Below are positions 18,806 through 28,217 of a DNA stretch of 64,000 nucleotides, in pieces. The number at the start of each line of letters is the position of its first letter. The first letter of the stretch is position 1. The DNA is taken from positions 136,942 through 200,941 of the forward strand of contig NZ_JALBUT010000004.1 in NCBI RefSeq assembly GCF_033971905.1. The letters run 5' to 3'. This DNA is from Intestinicryptomonas porci. GTDB lineage: Bacteria > Verrucomicrobiota > Verrucomicrobiia > Opitutales > Intestinicryptomonadaceae. Below the pieces are notes generated by a model. It made no database searches and had not been told where the DNA came from. It was given only the letters and a program-made list of their open reading frames with translations. The translations under genes were made by a program, and so were the position numbers.

Positions 18806-19330
18806 CTAATGGCGCATTGCCAAATTTTTTAAATCGGAATAAAATTTAGCATACTCTTTAGAAGTTATCTGCCGCTGAGTGCTTAAAATGAGCATGGGGC
18901 ATTCTCCAAGCCCATACCCATATCCCGGGTGTGAATGTTTATGGGGATTTTCAAAGAAACCGCATTTTTTATAAAAACGCAATCTTGCGGCCGATTGCGC
19001 ATCCGTAATTTTATCTATTTCAAGAACGAGTATTTTATCGGTTGCAGACTTGAATTCTTCCATAATCTTAAAACCATATCCGCGTCCGCGCAAATCTTTA
19101 TTTACGGCAAAATGTTCTATGTATATAAAATTGTCGAAATCCCAATACGAAATAAAGCCTGCAAGCACATTGTTTTCTTCATGGCAAATCAAGTGGTACC
19201 TTTCGCTTTCAAATGCCATTTTTTGCTGAAATTCAGTCCGCTGTTCGGCAAGGGGAAAACTTTCTTCATACAACCTTTTAAATTGCGGATAAATTTTGTC
19301 CGAATTGCTTTTTACCTCAATTTTATTCAT
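18806..19330 (-). CDS. GNAT-family N-acetyltransferase
   Basis: The acetyl-CoA-binding motif LRGRGYGFKIM is present. It is the first gene of the minus-strand cluster operon, with an AT-rich promoter region upstream (19331-19638). Confidence 0.7.
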   Translation of the reverse strand: MNKIEVKSNSDKIYPQFKRLYEESFPLAEQRTEFQQKMAFESERYHLICHEENNVLAGFISYWDFDNFIYIEHFAVNKDLRGRGYGFKIMEEFKSATDKILVLEIDKITDAQSAARLRFYKKCGFFENPHKHSHPGYGYGLGECPMLILSTQRQITSKEYAKFYSDLKNLAMRH

Positions 19331-19638
19331 GACAGATTATAGATTCAGCCTTTATCCGCAATTTACGCAAGCCAAAACAGGCAAATATTATGATTAACCG
19401 GAATACTTATTTTATCAAGGCGTGCAATACCAACGTTTCAATCTCGTTTTAACTCATTAGACATAATATATATTGTGCGACAAATTCGGATTGTTAATTA
19501 TTTGGCTATCAATATGTTTGTTTGTGAGAAATATTGTTTAAAGGCATTTATTTTGCGTGCCATAATCTTTGATTTATCTTGGGAATTTTAAATTTAAGAA
19601 TTGTAATTTAACAGTATTTATTGCAAGAATTTTAGAAT

Positions 19639-20277
19639 ATGAAAAAGTTAAGCGAATTTTTAATTTGTTTCTTCAAGAACATTCCCGCAAGTTCGGACGC
19701 TCAATCGGCGGCGGTTTCAATTTTTAGAATTTTTGCGGGAATTATGATGTTGCCTTACGGCTGGTCGAAAATTCAAAACTATGGCGAGCTTTCCGTAAAT
19801 TTTTTCAATGACCCGATTGGCATTGGCATGTTGCCTTCGCTTTGGCTTACGCTTTTTGCCCAGATTGGATGTGCCGCAATGTTGATTTTGGGCTTACAGA
19901 CAAGATTTGCCGCGTTTGTGCTTTTTATAAATATGGCGGTCGCCACAAAATTCCATTTTTTCGATCCTTTTTTCGTGAAAGCTCTGCCGATATTGTTTTT
20001 GGGCATGTATGCGTTCTTAATGGTTTCGGGCGGCGGAAAGTTTTCTCTCGACAATTTAATTTTTAGGAATGTAAAAACTGAAAATTCCGCGCGTTCAAAC
20101 ATGAACATTTTTTCGCGTTCCGTGAGGATTGCCGTTTGTTTTGTTCTATCTTGGATTGTCTTTTCAAACGCATTTTCGGGAATTTTTAGTTTTCTGATAT
20201 TGGCTTTGGTTTTTGCGCTTTTCGCGAGCGCAATTTACGGATATTGTCCGATAACAGACATTATTAGAAAAAAGTAG
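19639..20277 (+). CDS. DoxX-family membrane protein
   Basis: FAGIMMLPYGWSKIQNYGE is DoxX-like, and 4+ TM helices are predicted. Confidence 0.55.
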   Translation: MKKLSEFLICFFKNIPASSDAQSAAVSIFRIFAGIMMLPYGWSKIQNYGELSVNFFNDPIGIGMLPSLWLTLFAQIGCAAMLILGLQTRFAAFVLFINMAVATKFHFFDPFFVKALPILFLGMYAFLMVSGGGKFSLDNLIFRNVKTENSARSNMNIFSRSVRIAVCFVLSWIVFSNAFSGIFSFLILALVFALFASAIYGYCPITDIIRKK

Positions 20278-20343
20278 TTAATTATAAAAAAGCAAGCTTG
20301 CCTGACGTTTCCATATTTGGAATTTTCTACAAAATATGCACGC

Positions 20344-20390
20344 AAAAAAAACTTCGGATATTTGCAAAGTCCGAAGTTTTTTGATTTTTT
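20344..20390. terminator. bidirectional rho-independent terminator
   Basis: An A7 run, then the stem acttcgg/ccgaagt, then tttttt; it serves the convergent DoxX (+) and GH20-like (-) genes. Confidence 0.65.
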
Positions 20391-20400
20391 TAGCGAACCC

Positions 20401-22113
20401 CTATTCTTCCGTGCGGTTTGCAAATGCCCTCATTGAGCTTTCAAAAAGACCGCCGATTCTTGCGCGCGCAAGCCAAATTTGCTCGTATTGAGAGCGCATA
20501 ACTTTGAGGGTTTTTCGCAAGTTCAAGCTTTGGATTTTTTCATCGTCGCTTGCCCTTGCAACCGTCCATTTTATAAGGTCTGCGGCAAGCGCGATTTCAC
20601 CCTTGCAAACTTCGGCATCGGGGCTGTGAGGCTCCGCCTTTGAGAGAAATTCTATCGCCTTGTTTGCGCCTTCAAACATAGATTTAAAATGTTCTTCCGC
20701 GCCCTGCTCTTTAAGCTCCGCAATTTTCTTTGAGTCGGCAAAGAAAAGTTTGTTATGAAGCGAATGCAATTTCTTTGCGGGATCGCACCTGCCAAGTTCT
20801 GTAAGGGCTTTTGACATGTTTCCGGTCGGGTCTTGGAATACAAACATATCAGCCGCCTTGCAGACATCGGCTTCTTCAAAATCATCGCCCCATGCAGATT
20901 GGGCGAACGCCAAAACCGCAAGCCACATCGCGCACCAAGCCTGATGGTTGCCGTTGTCGCCCCAGTTTGTGAGCATTGCGCCCATTGCCCCCCATTTTTT
21001 CGCGGAAGAGCAAACGTCTTTTACGTTTTGATAGGCTGTATCAAGGCGTATTGCAAAACTGTTCCAAGTATTTGTTCCGCCAACCACGATGAAGTCGCGT
21101 TTTTGGTCGTGCAGAATTTTAGCCTCTTCGTCTATGGGGCTGTCGGGATAATACCCCCAGAGAAGCGCAACCAAGTCTTCGGGAAGCTCTTTTGCAAATT
21201 CAGGCTCTTCCAAGATTACGTCAGCCCAAATGTGAATTCTCTTGCCGTGGTTTTTGGCAAGTTTTGAAAGTTCTTTCACATAGTTTGCGTAAACCTTGTA
21301 TTTGCCGATTTTATCGCATTCTTCCTTCGATCTTCCCGTTCCAAATTCCCACGGCTCGTCGCACCCCGCATTGAAGTTTTTGGATGTGAAGTTCGGCAAA
21401 AAGTCGTCGTAAAGAGAGCCGATGAAATCGAGAGATTCTTTTGACGGATAAAGGGTTGTGGGATACGGGCGTTCGTTGCCCATAGGGTCGATAAACGGAG
21501 CCTCGCATTCGGCAAGATGTTGGTATTCGGGATAGCGAAGCCATCTGTCCATATGCCCCAAGCTGTTCAAATTCGGGACAAGCTCGATGTTCGCGCGGGC
21601 GCAAAGAGCGTCTAAAATTTTATATTGCTGGGGAGTCATCGGAGTGCTGTCGCCCCAAACAAGCTCGTGGTTTTGAAAAGCGAAAGTATGCTCTGTATAA
21701 AGCTCGAGCCTGTTGAACTTGAAAAGCGAAAGCAAATCCACAAGGTAGGCAAGAGTTTGCATCGTCGGGACTTTACACCTGCTTATATCAAGCATAAAAC
21801 CGCGAATTTTAAGCGTTGGCTCGTCAACGATTTTTAGGCATTGCACGCCCTCTTTAGAGCCTTGCGCTATCGCCTGGCGCAAGGTTTGAAATGCCATGCG
21901 CGCGCCCTCTTCACCCGAAGTTCTGATGGTTATGCCGTCTTTTGAAACATCGAGTTCGTACGCCTCTTTGCAGGGTACGGGATATGTCAAATCAAGCTTT
22001 ACTTTTGCGCCCTGCGGAATTCCGGCGGGAGAGAGAATGACATCGCCCTGCTTCAAGGGCAAAAATTCTCCCTCGCGGATTTCAACCGATTTTGGTTTTG
22101 GAAAGAAAAACAT
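20401..22113 (-). CDS. glycoside hydrolase family 20-like protein (beta-N-acetylhexosaminidase-like); no signal peptide
   Basis: KIRGFMLDISRCKV matches the GH20 R-G-x-M-L-D-x-x-R motif, and NAGCDEPWE occupies the position of the catalytic D-E pair. Confidence 0.5.
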   Translation of the reverse strand: MFFFPKPKSVEIREGEFLPLKQGDVILSPAGIPQGAKVKLDLTYPVPCKEAYELDVSKDGITIRTSGEEGARMAFQTLRQAIAQGSKEGVQCLKIVDEPTLKIRGFMLDISRCKVPTMQTLAYLVDLLSLFKFNRLELYTEHTFAFQNHELVWGDSTPMTPQQYKILDALCARANIELVPNLNSLGHMDRWLRYPEYQHLAECEAPFIDPMGNERPYPTTLYPSKESLDFIGSLYDDFLPNFTSKNFNAGCDEPWEFGTGRSKEECDKIGKYKVYANYVKELSKLAKNHGKRIHIWADVILEEPEFAKELPEDLVALLWGYYPDSPIDEEAKILHDQKRDFIVVGGTNTWNSFAIRLDTAYQNVKDVCSSAKKWGAMGAMLTNWGDNGNHQAWCAMWLAVLAFAQSAWGDDFEEADVCKAADMFVFQDPTGNMSKALTELGRCDPAKKLHSLHNKLFFADSKKIAELKEQGAEEHFKSMFEGANKAIEFLSKAEPHSPDAEVCKGEIALAADLIKWTVARASDDEKIQSLNLRKTLKVMRSQYEQIWLARARIGGLFESSMRAFANRTEE

Positions 22114-22118
22114 GGCTT

Positions 22119-23345
22119 TTAGAATGTATGGACAAACAGGCCCGAGCGCAATTTCGGTTCAAACCAAGTGGATTTTGGAGGCATAATCTGACCCGCATCG
22201 GCAATCGCCATGAGCTGTTCGACGGTTGTGGGATACATCGAAAACGCAACTTTGAATTCTCCGCTATCGACAAGGCGTTCAAGCTCCTTTACTCCCTTTA
22301 TGCCGCCTACAAAGTCAATTCTTTCGTCTGTGCGCGGGTCTCCGATGCCAAGAAGCGGAGAAAGCACCCTGTTTTGGAGAAGCGACACGTCCAAAGACTC
22401 AACAGCGTCCAACCCGTCAGTCGAACCGAATGCGAGCGCATACCACTCGCCGTCCAAATACATGTTCACGTTTGTGGGCGATTTCGGCTCTTTTTCAGAT
22501 GTTTTTGAAACTTCGCAAACCTTTTTAAGCTCCGCCAAAAATTCTTCGGGTGTTCTGCCCGCCAAATCCTTCACAACTCGGTTGTAGGGAAGAATTTTAA
22601 GCTGTCCTGCGGGGAAGCAAACCGACAAGAACCAGTTGTAGTCTTCATCACCCGAATGATTGGGGTTCTCTTTTGCAAGATCGCGGGCGCAACGCGCGTT
22701 TGACGCGCTTCTGTGATGTCCGTCGGCGACATATGCGCACGGGATTTTGTCGAAAACTTCAACGATTTCATTCAAAAGTTTCGGATCTGAAATTTTCCAA
22801 ACGCTGTGGCGTATGCCATCGTCTGCGACAAAGTCAAACAAGGCGTCTTCGTCCTTTTTGTTTTCCACGATTTCGTCGAGTTTTGTGCCGTCTTTTACCG
22901 TGAGGAAAACGGGACCCGTGTTGACGCGCAGAGTGCGGGTCAAATTGTAGCGGTCGTCCTCTTTCGCCTTGCGGGTTTTTTCATGCTTTTTGATGACATC
23001 CGCATCGTAATCTTGCGCGCTGAAAGTCGCGACGATGCCTGTTTGGGAATGGCTTCCCATCTGCTGGCGGTATAGGTACATTGATGGGGCGTCTTCCCTG
23101 ATTAAATACCCGTTTTTTACGAGTTTTTCAAAATTTTCCTTCGCATGGTCGTAAACCGCCTGAGTATAAGGGTCGATATTCGGGTCGAGTTCAAGCTCGC
23201 TGCGGACAACGCGCATAAAGCTTAGCGGCTTGCCTTCGGCTTCCTTGCACGCCTGCTTGAAATTTACAACGTCGTACGGAAGGCTTGCGATGTCTTTTGC
23301 CAAGCCGTCTTTTGGTCTTAATCCTTTGAATGCTTTTATTTTCAT
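22119..23345 (-). CDS. DUF1015-family protein
   Basis: The N-terminus MKIKAFKGLRPKDGLAKDIASLPYDVV resembles the conserved DUF1015 N-terminus. The product is 408 aa. Confidence 0.55.
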   Translation of the reverse strand: MKIKAFKGLRPKDGLAKDIASLPYDVVNFKQACKEAEGKPLSFMRVVRSELELDPNIDPYTQAVYDHAKENFEKLVKNGYLIREDAPSMYLYRQQMGSHSQTGIVATFSAQDYDADVIKKHEKTRKAKEDDRYNLTRTLRVNTGPVFLTVKDGTKLDEIVENKKDEDALFDFVADDGIRHSVWKISDPKLLNEIVEVFDKIPCAYVADGHHRSASNARCARDLAKENPNHSGDEDYNWFLSVCFPAGQLKILPYNRVVKDLAGRTPEEFLAELKKVCEVSKTSEKEPKSPTNVNMYLDGEWYALAFGSTDGLDAVESLDVSLLQNRVLSPLLGIGDPRTDERIDFVGGIKGVKELERLVDSGEFKVAFSMYPTTVEQLMAIADAGQIMPPKSTWFEPKLRSGLFVHTF

Positions 23346-23357
23346 ATGTGTTTTAAT

Positions 23358-24299
23358 TTAAAATTCGTCGTCAGATTTTGAAAGGTTTACCTTTTTCAAG
23401 AAATAATACGTGCCGTATGCCAAAAGCACGAGAAGAAGCGTCATTGCGCTGTATGTGTGCCCCCACCAGACGCCCTGCGTCATCATTGTAAATTCGCTCA
23501 TTCCTCCAAGCCCTACAATGACGTTTAAGGGCAGAAAAATGATGTTTATGACCGCGAGCTGTTTCATAAGCACTGAGAGGTTGTTGCTTACAATGGAACC
23601 TCTCGCATCGCTCATTCCAACGAGAATGTTCGTGTATATTTCAGTCATTCGCACGCATTGGTTGTTTTCGACAATGATATCTTCAAGCAGTTCGCTTTCG
23701 GTTTCCGAAAACCCTATTTTTTCAGTGTCGCGCACGAGTTTTGCAAGCAGAACCTTGTTTGCGGTCGTCGCGCTCTCATAGTAGGTCAAGCTTTTGGAAA
23801 GGACGAACATTTCCGTCAAGTGGTGGTTTGAAACCGAAAACTCGATATCTTTTTCTATCCTTGCGGAAATCAATCGTATGATTTTCAAATGTTCAAGGAA
23901 GTGGTTTGTTGCATGGTGTAAAATTCTTAAAATCACTCCCCTTAAAGAACGCGCCCTCAAAGCCCCCCTGCCGTACTCGAAAAGCGGATTTTCCTCGGGT
24001 TGCACGATAATCATTTTGTCGTCAAACAAGAATATGCCGACCGATGTCACGCCAAAGCCAAGCAAGTCTTCCGCCGAATAGTTGCGCGGCTGCTTTAAAA
24101 TTATGGCTATGTGGTTATCCTCAAACTCAACGCGCGAAATCTCGTCGGGGTCAAGGGCGGAATTCAGCGAGTGCGGGTCGATTTGGCAAGTGTCCACAAG
24201 ATACCGCTTCTCTTCTTCCGTCGGGGATATGTAGGAGAATATTGCGCCATTCGGCGATTCTGTTATTTTGCCGTCAACAATTTCAAATGTTTTAAGCAT
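23358..24299 (-). CDS. CorA/2-TM-GxN family divalent cation transporter-like protein (GMS variant)
   Basis: The C-terminal TM hairpin carries IIFLPLNVIVGLGGMSEF where CorA has YGMNFE. Start is taken at ATG 24299 (MLKTFEIV), giving ~314 aa; the ORF track extends to a TTG at 24413. Confidence 0.5.
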   Translation of the reverse strand: MLKTFEIVDGKITESPNGAIFSYISPTEEEKRYLVDTCQIDPHSLNSALDPDEISRVEFEDNHIAIILKQPRNYSAEDLLGFGVTSVGIFLFDDKMIIVQPEENPLFEYGRGALRARSLRGVILRILHHATNHFLEHLKIIRLISARIEKDIEFSVSNHHLTEMFVLSKSLTYYESATTANKVLLAKLVRDTEKIGFSETESELLEDIIVENNQCVRMTEIYTNILVGMSDARGSIVSNNLSVLMKQLAVINIIFLPLNVIVGLGGMSEFTMMTQGVWWGHTYSAMTLLLVLLAYGTYYFLKKVNLSKSDDEF

Positions 24300-24546
24300 G
24301 CAGTTCCCTTTCTTTTCGGCAAACGGCGCCCCGCCCTTGCGTTCCAATAAAAAAGCACCCCAATTCGGGACGTCCGAACCGAGTTTCAAAAAAATGTCGG
24401 GGATTTTTGGCAACTTGTCAAGAAGTAATCAATTCGGGGTAAATTTAAAGCTGTTCGGAAAAAAAAGATTGAATGTTTTTATAAAAAAATGCAAAGTCTG
24501 ATTCTTTAAAAGCTACATTTATTATCAAAGTAAAAATAACAGCACT

Positions 24547-25389
24547 ATGTCTAACCTAACAAAAACCCTGTCGTCGTCGCTTATAAAGAAATTCGTGATG
24601 GCAATTACCGGTTTTGCGTTGGCGTCGTTTTTACTCATCCACATGCTTGGCAATCTCCAAGTGTTGGAAGGCGGCCCGCACGCAATTAACGCTTATGCAA
24701 ACTTCTTGCAGACTCTCCCCTGGGAAATACTGTGGGGATTCCGCCTCGGGCTTGGTTTGTGCCTTGTAATCCACTTTGCAATGGCATATCTGCTCGTAAT
24801 GGAAAACAAGAAGGCGCGCCCTCAAACCTACGCAGTAAAGCAGTCGGTTGTTTCGTCCGCGGCGGCAAAAACAATGATTTATACTGGGACAGTAATATTG
24901 CTGTTTGCCGTAGTGCACATTCTGCACTACACAGTTCTTTGCTTGAACCCCGAATTTAAGTCGCTCGACTGGGTTTGCGGTTCCGGAATGTACGAAGGCA
25001 AAACTTTGCACGACGTTTACGCAATGGTAATTTTGGGCTTTAACAACGTATGGGTAAGCTTGGGCTACATCGTTGCGATGTTCGCAATCGGTTTTCACTT
25101 GGTCCACGCCGTTTCTTCAATGTTCCAGTCGGTAGGTCTCAGAAACGAACAGGTAAGATACAAGCTAAATGCAGTGGCTTTGATTTACGCCGTTGTGATT
25201 TTCGGCGGATTTTCAATCGCCCCCCTCTCCGTTTTGGTTTCAAAATTCACTCCCTGCCAAATTTTGCCCGTCAAGGAAGTCGTAAAGCAATATGAAGAAC
25301 TCGCACCGAAGGCGGAAGGCAAGCCAATCTTTATCGACTACAAGTTCCTTGAATGCAAATCTTGCGACAAGGCTAACCCTGCAAAATAA
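24547..25389 (+). CDS. frdC: fumarate reductase/succinate dehydrogenase cytochrome b subunit (Bacteroides type)
   Basis: A polytopic membrane protein with His-rich TM helices sits immediately upstream of the flavoprotein and Fe-S subunit genes. Confidence 0.7.
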   Translation: MSNLTKTLSSSLIKKFVMAITGFALASFLLIHMLGNLQVLEGGPHAINAYANFLQTLPWEILWGFRLGLGLCLVIHFAMAYLLVMENKKARPQTYAVKQSVVSSAAAKTMIYTGTVILLFAVVHILHYTVLCLNPEFKSLDWVCGSGMYEGKTLHDVYAMVILGFNNVWVSLGYIVAMFAIGFHLVHAVSSMFQSVGLRNEQVRYKLNAVALIYAVVIFGGFSIAPLSVLVSKFTPCQILPVKEVVKQYEELAPKAEGKPIFIDYKFLECKSCDKANPAK

Positions 25390-25401
25390 GAAAGATTTTA
25401 T

Positions 25402-27348
25402 ATGAGTTTCAATTTGGATTCAAAAATTCCCGAGGGGAAAATTTCGGAAAAGTGGGATAACTACAAATTCCACGCCAAGCTCGTAAACCCCGCAAACCGC
25501 AGAAAGTACCATGTAATAGTGGTCGGTTCGGGTCTTGCAGGCGCAAGCGCGGCGGCTACATTGGCGGAACAGGGCTACAACGTTTCCTGCTTCTGCTATC
25601 AGGACTCTCCGCGCAGGGCGCACTCAATCGCAGCCCAGGGCGGCATCAATGCCGCAAAGAATTACCAGAACGACGGCGACTCTATTTACCGCCTCTTCTA
25701 CGACACCGTAAAGGGAGGCGACTTCCGCTCGCGCGAAGCCAATGTTTACCGCTTGGCGCAAGTGTCGAACAACATCATCGACCAGTGCGTGGCGCAAGGC
25801 GTTCCGTTTGCGCGCGAATACGGCGGTCTTCTCGCAAACCGCTCTTTCGGCGGCGCGCAGGTCAGCCGCACATTCTACGCCCGCGGTCAAACGGGTCAGC
25901 AGCTTCTCTTGGGCGCGTATTCCGCATTGGTTCGCCAAATCGGTCTTGGCAAGGTCAAGATGTACACACGCCAGGAAATGATGGAGCTTGTGATTGTTGA
26001 CGGACACGCAAAGGGCATCGTTTGCCGCAACTTGGTAACGGGCGAAATCAAGTCTTTCTCGGCAGACGCGGTTTTGCTCTGCACGGGCGGCTACGGCAAC
26101 GTATTCTACCTTTCGACAAACGCACAGGGGTGCTCTGTTTCCGCGGCTTTCAACTGCTACAGAAAGGGCGCGGGCTTTGCAAACCCCTGCTTTACGCAAA
26201 TCCACCCGACCTGCATTCCCGTCCACGGCGAACAGCAGAGCAAGCTCACTTTGATGAGCGAATCTTTGAGAAACGACGGCAGAATTTGGGTTCCCAAGTC
26301 AAAGGAAAATTGCGGCAAAAATCCGAACGAAATTAAAGAGGAAGACAGAGACTACTACCTCGAAAGAAAATATCCGTCTTTCGGCAATCTTGCTCCTCGC
26401 GACATTTCTTCCCGCGCGGCAAAGGAAGCCTGCGACGACGGCAGAGGCGTAGGCAATGTCGTTGGCGGCGAACGCCGCGGCGTATATCTCGATTTCGCGA
26501 CGGCAATCAAACGCGACGGCAAAAAAGCCATCGAAGAAAGATACGGCAACCTATTTGAAATGTACGAACGCATCACAGGCGAAAACGCATACGAACGCCC
26601 GATGCGCATTTACCCCGCATCGCACTATACAATGGGCGGCTTGTGGGTTGACTACGAACTCCAAAGCACGATTCCGGGACTATTCGTCTTGGGCGAAGCG
26701 AACTTCTCCGACCACGGCGCAAACCGCTTGGGAGCGTCCGCGCTCATGCAGGGTCTTTCGGACGGCTACTTCGTGATCCCCTACACTCTTCCGAACTACC
26801 TCGCCCGCACAGGCGCAGGCAAGCCTTCGACAGACGGCGAAGCGTTCAAGGAAGCCGAAAAGTCGGTAAAGGACAGAATTGAAAAATTCCTCACAAAGAG
26901 CGGTTCAAAAAGCCCGCGCCACTACCATCAGGAACTTGGAAAGATTATGTGGGAATACTGCGGCATGGGCAGAAACGAAGCGGGTCTTAAAAAGGCTTTG
27001 GAATTGATTCCGCAAATCCGCGAAGACTTCTGGAAAGGCGTAAAGGTCGTCGGAGACGCAAACTGCATTAATACCGAGCTTGAACGCGCAATCCGTACGG
27101 CGGACTTTATGGAATTTGCCGAAGTCCTCTGCCTCGACGCTCTCGAACGCAGAGAAAGCTGCGGCGCGCACTTCCGCGAAGAATACCAGTACACAGAAGG
27201 CGACCAAAAAGGCGAAGCAAAGCGCGACGATGCAAACTTCTCGCACGCGGCTGTTTGGGAATACACGGGCTTTGGCAACAAGCCTGTCCGCCATCAGGAA
27301 GAAATTCTGCATGAAGAAGTTAAACCTGTCGTAAGATCGTACAAATAA
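25402..27348 (+). CDS. frdA: fumarate reductase/succinate dehydrogenase flavoprotein subunit
   Basis: FAD-binding [12 protein letters not shown] and the covalent-FAD His region [15 protein letters not shown] are present. Confidence 0.9.
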   Translation: MSFNLDSKIPEGKISEKWDNYKFHAKLVNPANRRKYHVIVVGSGLAGASAAATLAEQGYNVSCFCYQDSPRRAHSIAAQGGINAAKNYQNDGDSIYRLFYDTVKGGDFRSREANVYRLAQVSNNIIDQCVAQGVPFAREYGGLLANRSFGGAQVSRTFYARGQTGQQLLLGAYSALVRQIGLGKVKMYTRQEMMELVIVDGHAKGIVCRNLVTGEIKSFSADAVLLCTGGYGNVFYLSTNAQGCSVSAAFNCYRKGAGFANPCFTQIHPTCIPVHGEQQSKLTLMSESLRNDGRIWVPKSKENCGKNPNEIKEEDRDYYLERKYPSFGNLAPRDISSRAAKEACDDGRGVGNVVGGERRGVYLDFATAIKRDGKKAIEERYGNLFEMYERITGENAYERPMRIYPASHYTMGGLWVDYELQSTIPGLFVLGEANFSDHGANRLGASALMQGLSDGYFVIPYTLPNYLARTGAGKPSTDGEAFKEAEKSVKDRIEKFLTKSGSKSPRHYHQELGKIMWEYCGMGRNEAGLKKALELIPQIREDFWKGVKVVGDANCINTELERAIRTADFMEFAEVLCLDALERRESCGAHFREEYQYTEGDQKGEAKRDDANFSHAAVWEYTGFGNKPVRHQEEILHEEVKPVVRSYK

Positions 27349-27365
27349 TAAAGAGGTGTATCATC

Positions 27366-28124
27366 ATGAAAATAAATTTAAAAGTTTGGAGACAAAAAAA
27401 CGCCGAATCGAAAGGACATTTTGAAAATTACGTTGTTGACGACATCCACGAAGACACGTCGTTTTTGGAAATGTTCGACATTCTTAACGAACGCCTCGTG
27501 GCGGAAGGCAAAGAAGCCATCGTTTTCGACCACGACTGCCGCGAAGGCATCTGCGGTATGTGCTCAATGACAATTAACGGCATTCCGCACGGCCCCGAAC
27601 GCAAAACAACAGTTTGCCAGCTCCATATGCGCAAGTTCAAAGACGGCGACACTATCGTCGTTGAACCTTGGAGAGCGGGTCCCTTCCCTGTCAAGCAAGA
27701 CTTGGTTGTGTCGCGCGACGCATTCGAGCAAATCCAGCAGGCAGGCGGATTTATTTCAATCCGCACGGGCGCGCCCCAAGACGCAAACGCAATTCCCATA
27801 TCAAAGGAAATTTCCGACAAGTCAATGGACGCCGCACAGTGCATCGGTTGCGGCGCATGCGTTGCTGCATGCCCGAACGCCGCCGCAATGCTCTTTACGT
27901 CGGCTAAAGTCTCCCACCTCAACTACTTGCCCCAGGGTGCGCCCGAAAAAGACAGGCGCGTAATTGCAATGGTTGAAAAAATGAACGAACTGGGATTTGG
28001 CAACTGCACAAACTACGGCGAATGCCAAGGCGTATGCCCCAAAGGCATCACTTTGGATATGATTGCGAAAATGAACCGCGACTACGCCGTCGCAAAGGCA
28101 AAACAGGCCGTGGGCGCGCTTTAA
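27366..28124 (+). CDS. frdB: fumarate reductase/succinate dehydrogenase iron-sulfur subunit
   Basis: Cys clusters for 2Fe-2S (CREGICGMC), 4Fe-4S ([12 protein letters not shown]) and 3Fe-4S ([12 protein letters not shown]) centres are present. Confidence 0.9.
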   Translation: MKINLKVWRQKNAESKGHFENYVVDDIHEDTSFLEMFDILNERLVAEGKEAIVFDHDCREGICGMCSMTINGIPHGPERKTTVCQLHMRKFKDGDTIVVEPWRAGPFPVKQDLVVSRDAFEQIQQAGGFISIRTGAPQDANAIPISKEISDKSMDAAQCIGCGACVAACPNAAAMLFTSAKVSHLNYLPQGAPEKDRRVIAMVEKMNELGFGNCTNYGECQGVCPKGITLDMIAKMNRDYAVAKAKQAVGAL

Positions 28125-28154
28125 GCCGTTCCTTGCAAAATAATTCCAAACAAA

Positions 28155-28186
28155 AAAGCGGAGCAAATGCCCCGCTTTTTTTTGCG
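28155..28186. terminator. probable bidirectional terminator
   Basis: An A-run, then stem aagcgg/ccgctt, then tttttttt; it lies between convergent frdB and the serpin gene. Confidence 0.45.
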
Positions 28187-28217
28187 TTATGTTTCAAGGA
28201 TTGGCTCAATTTGAAAT

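Noticed and set aside
24300-24413. N-terminal extension of the CorA-like ORF to a TTG start at 24413 (ORF-track coordinates).
   Set aside because: The extension adds 38 residues with no similarity to CorA N-termini. The ATG at 24299 gives the typical ~315-aa length.
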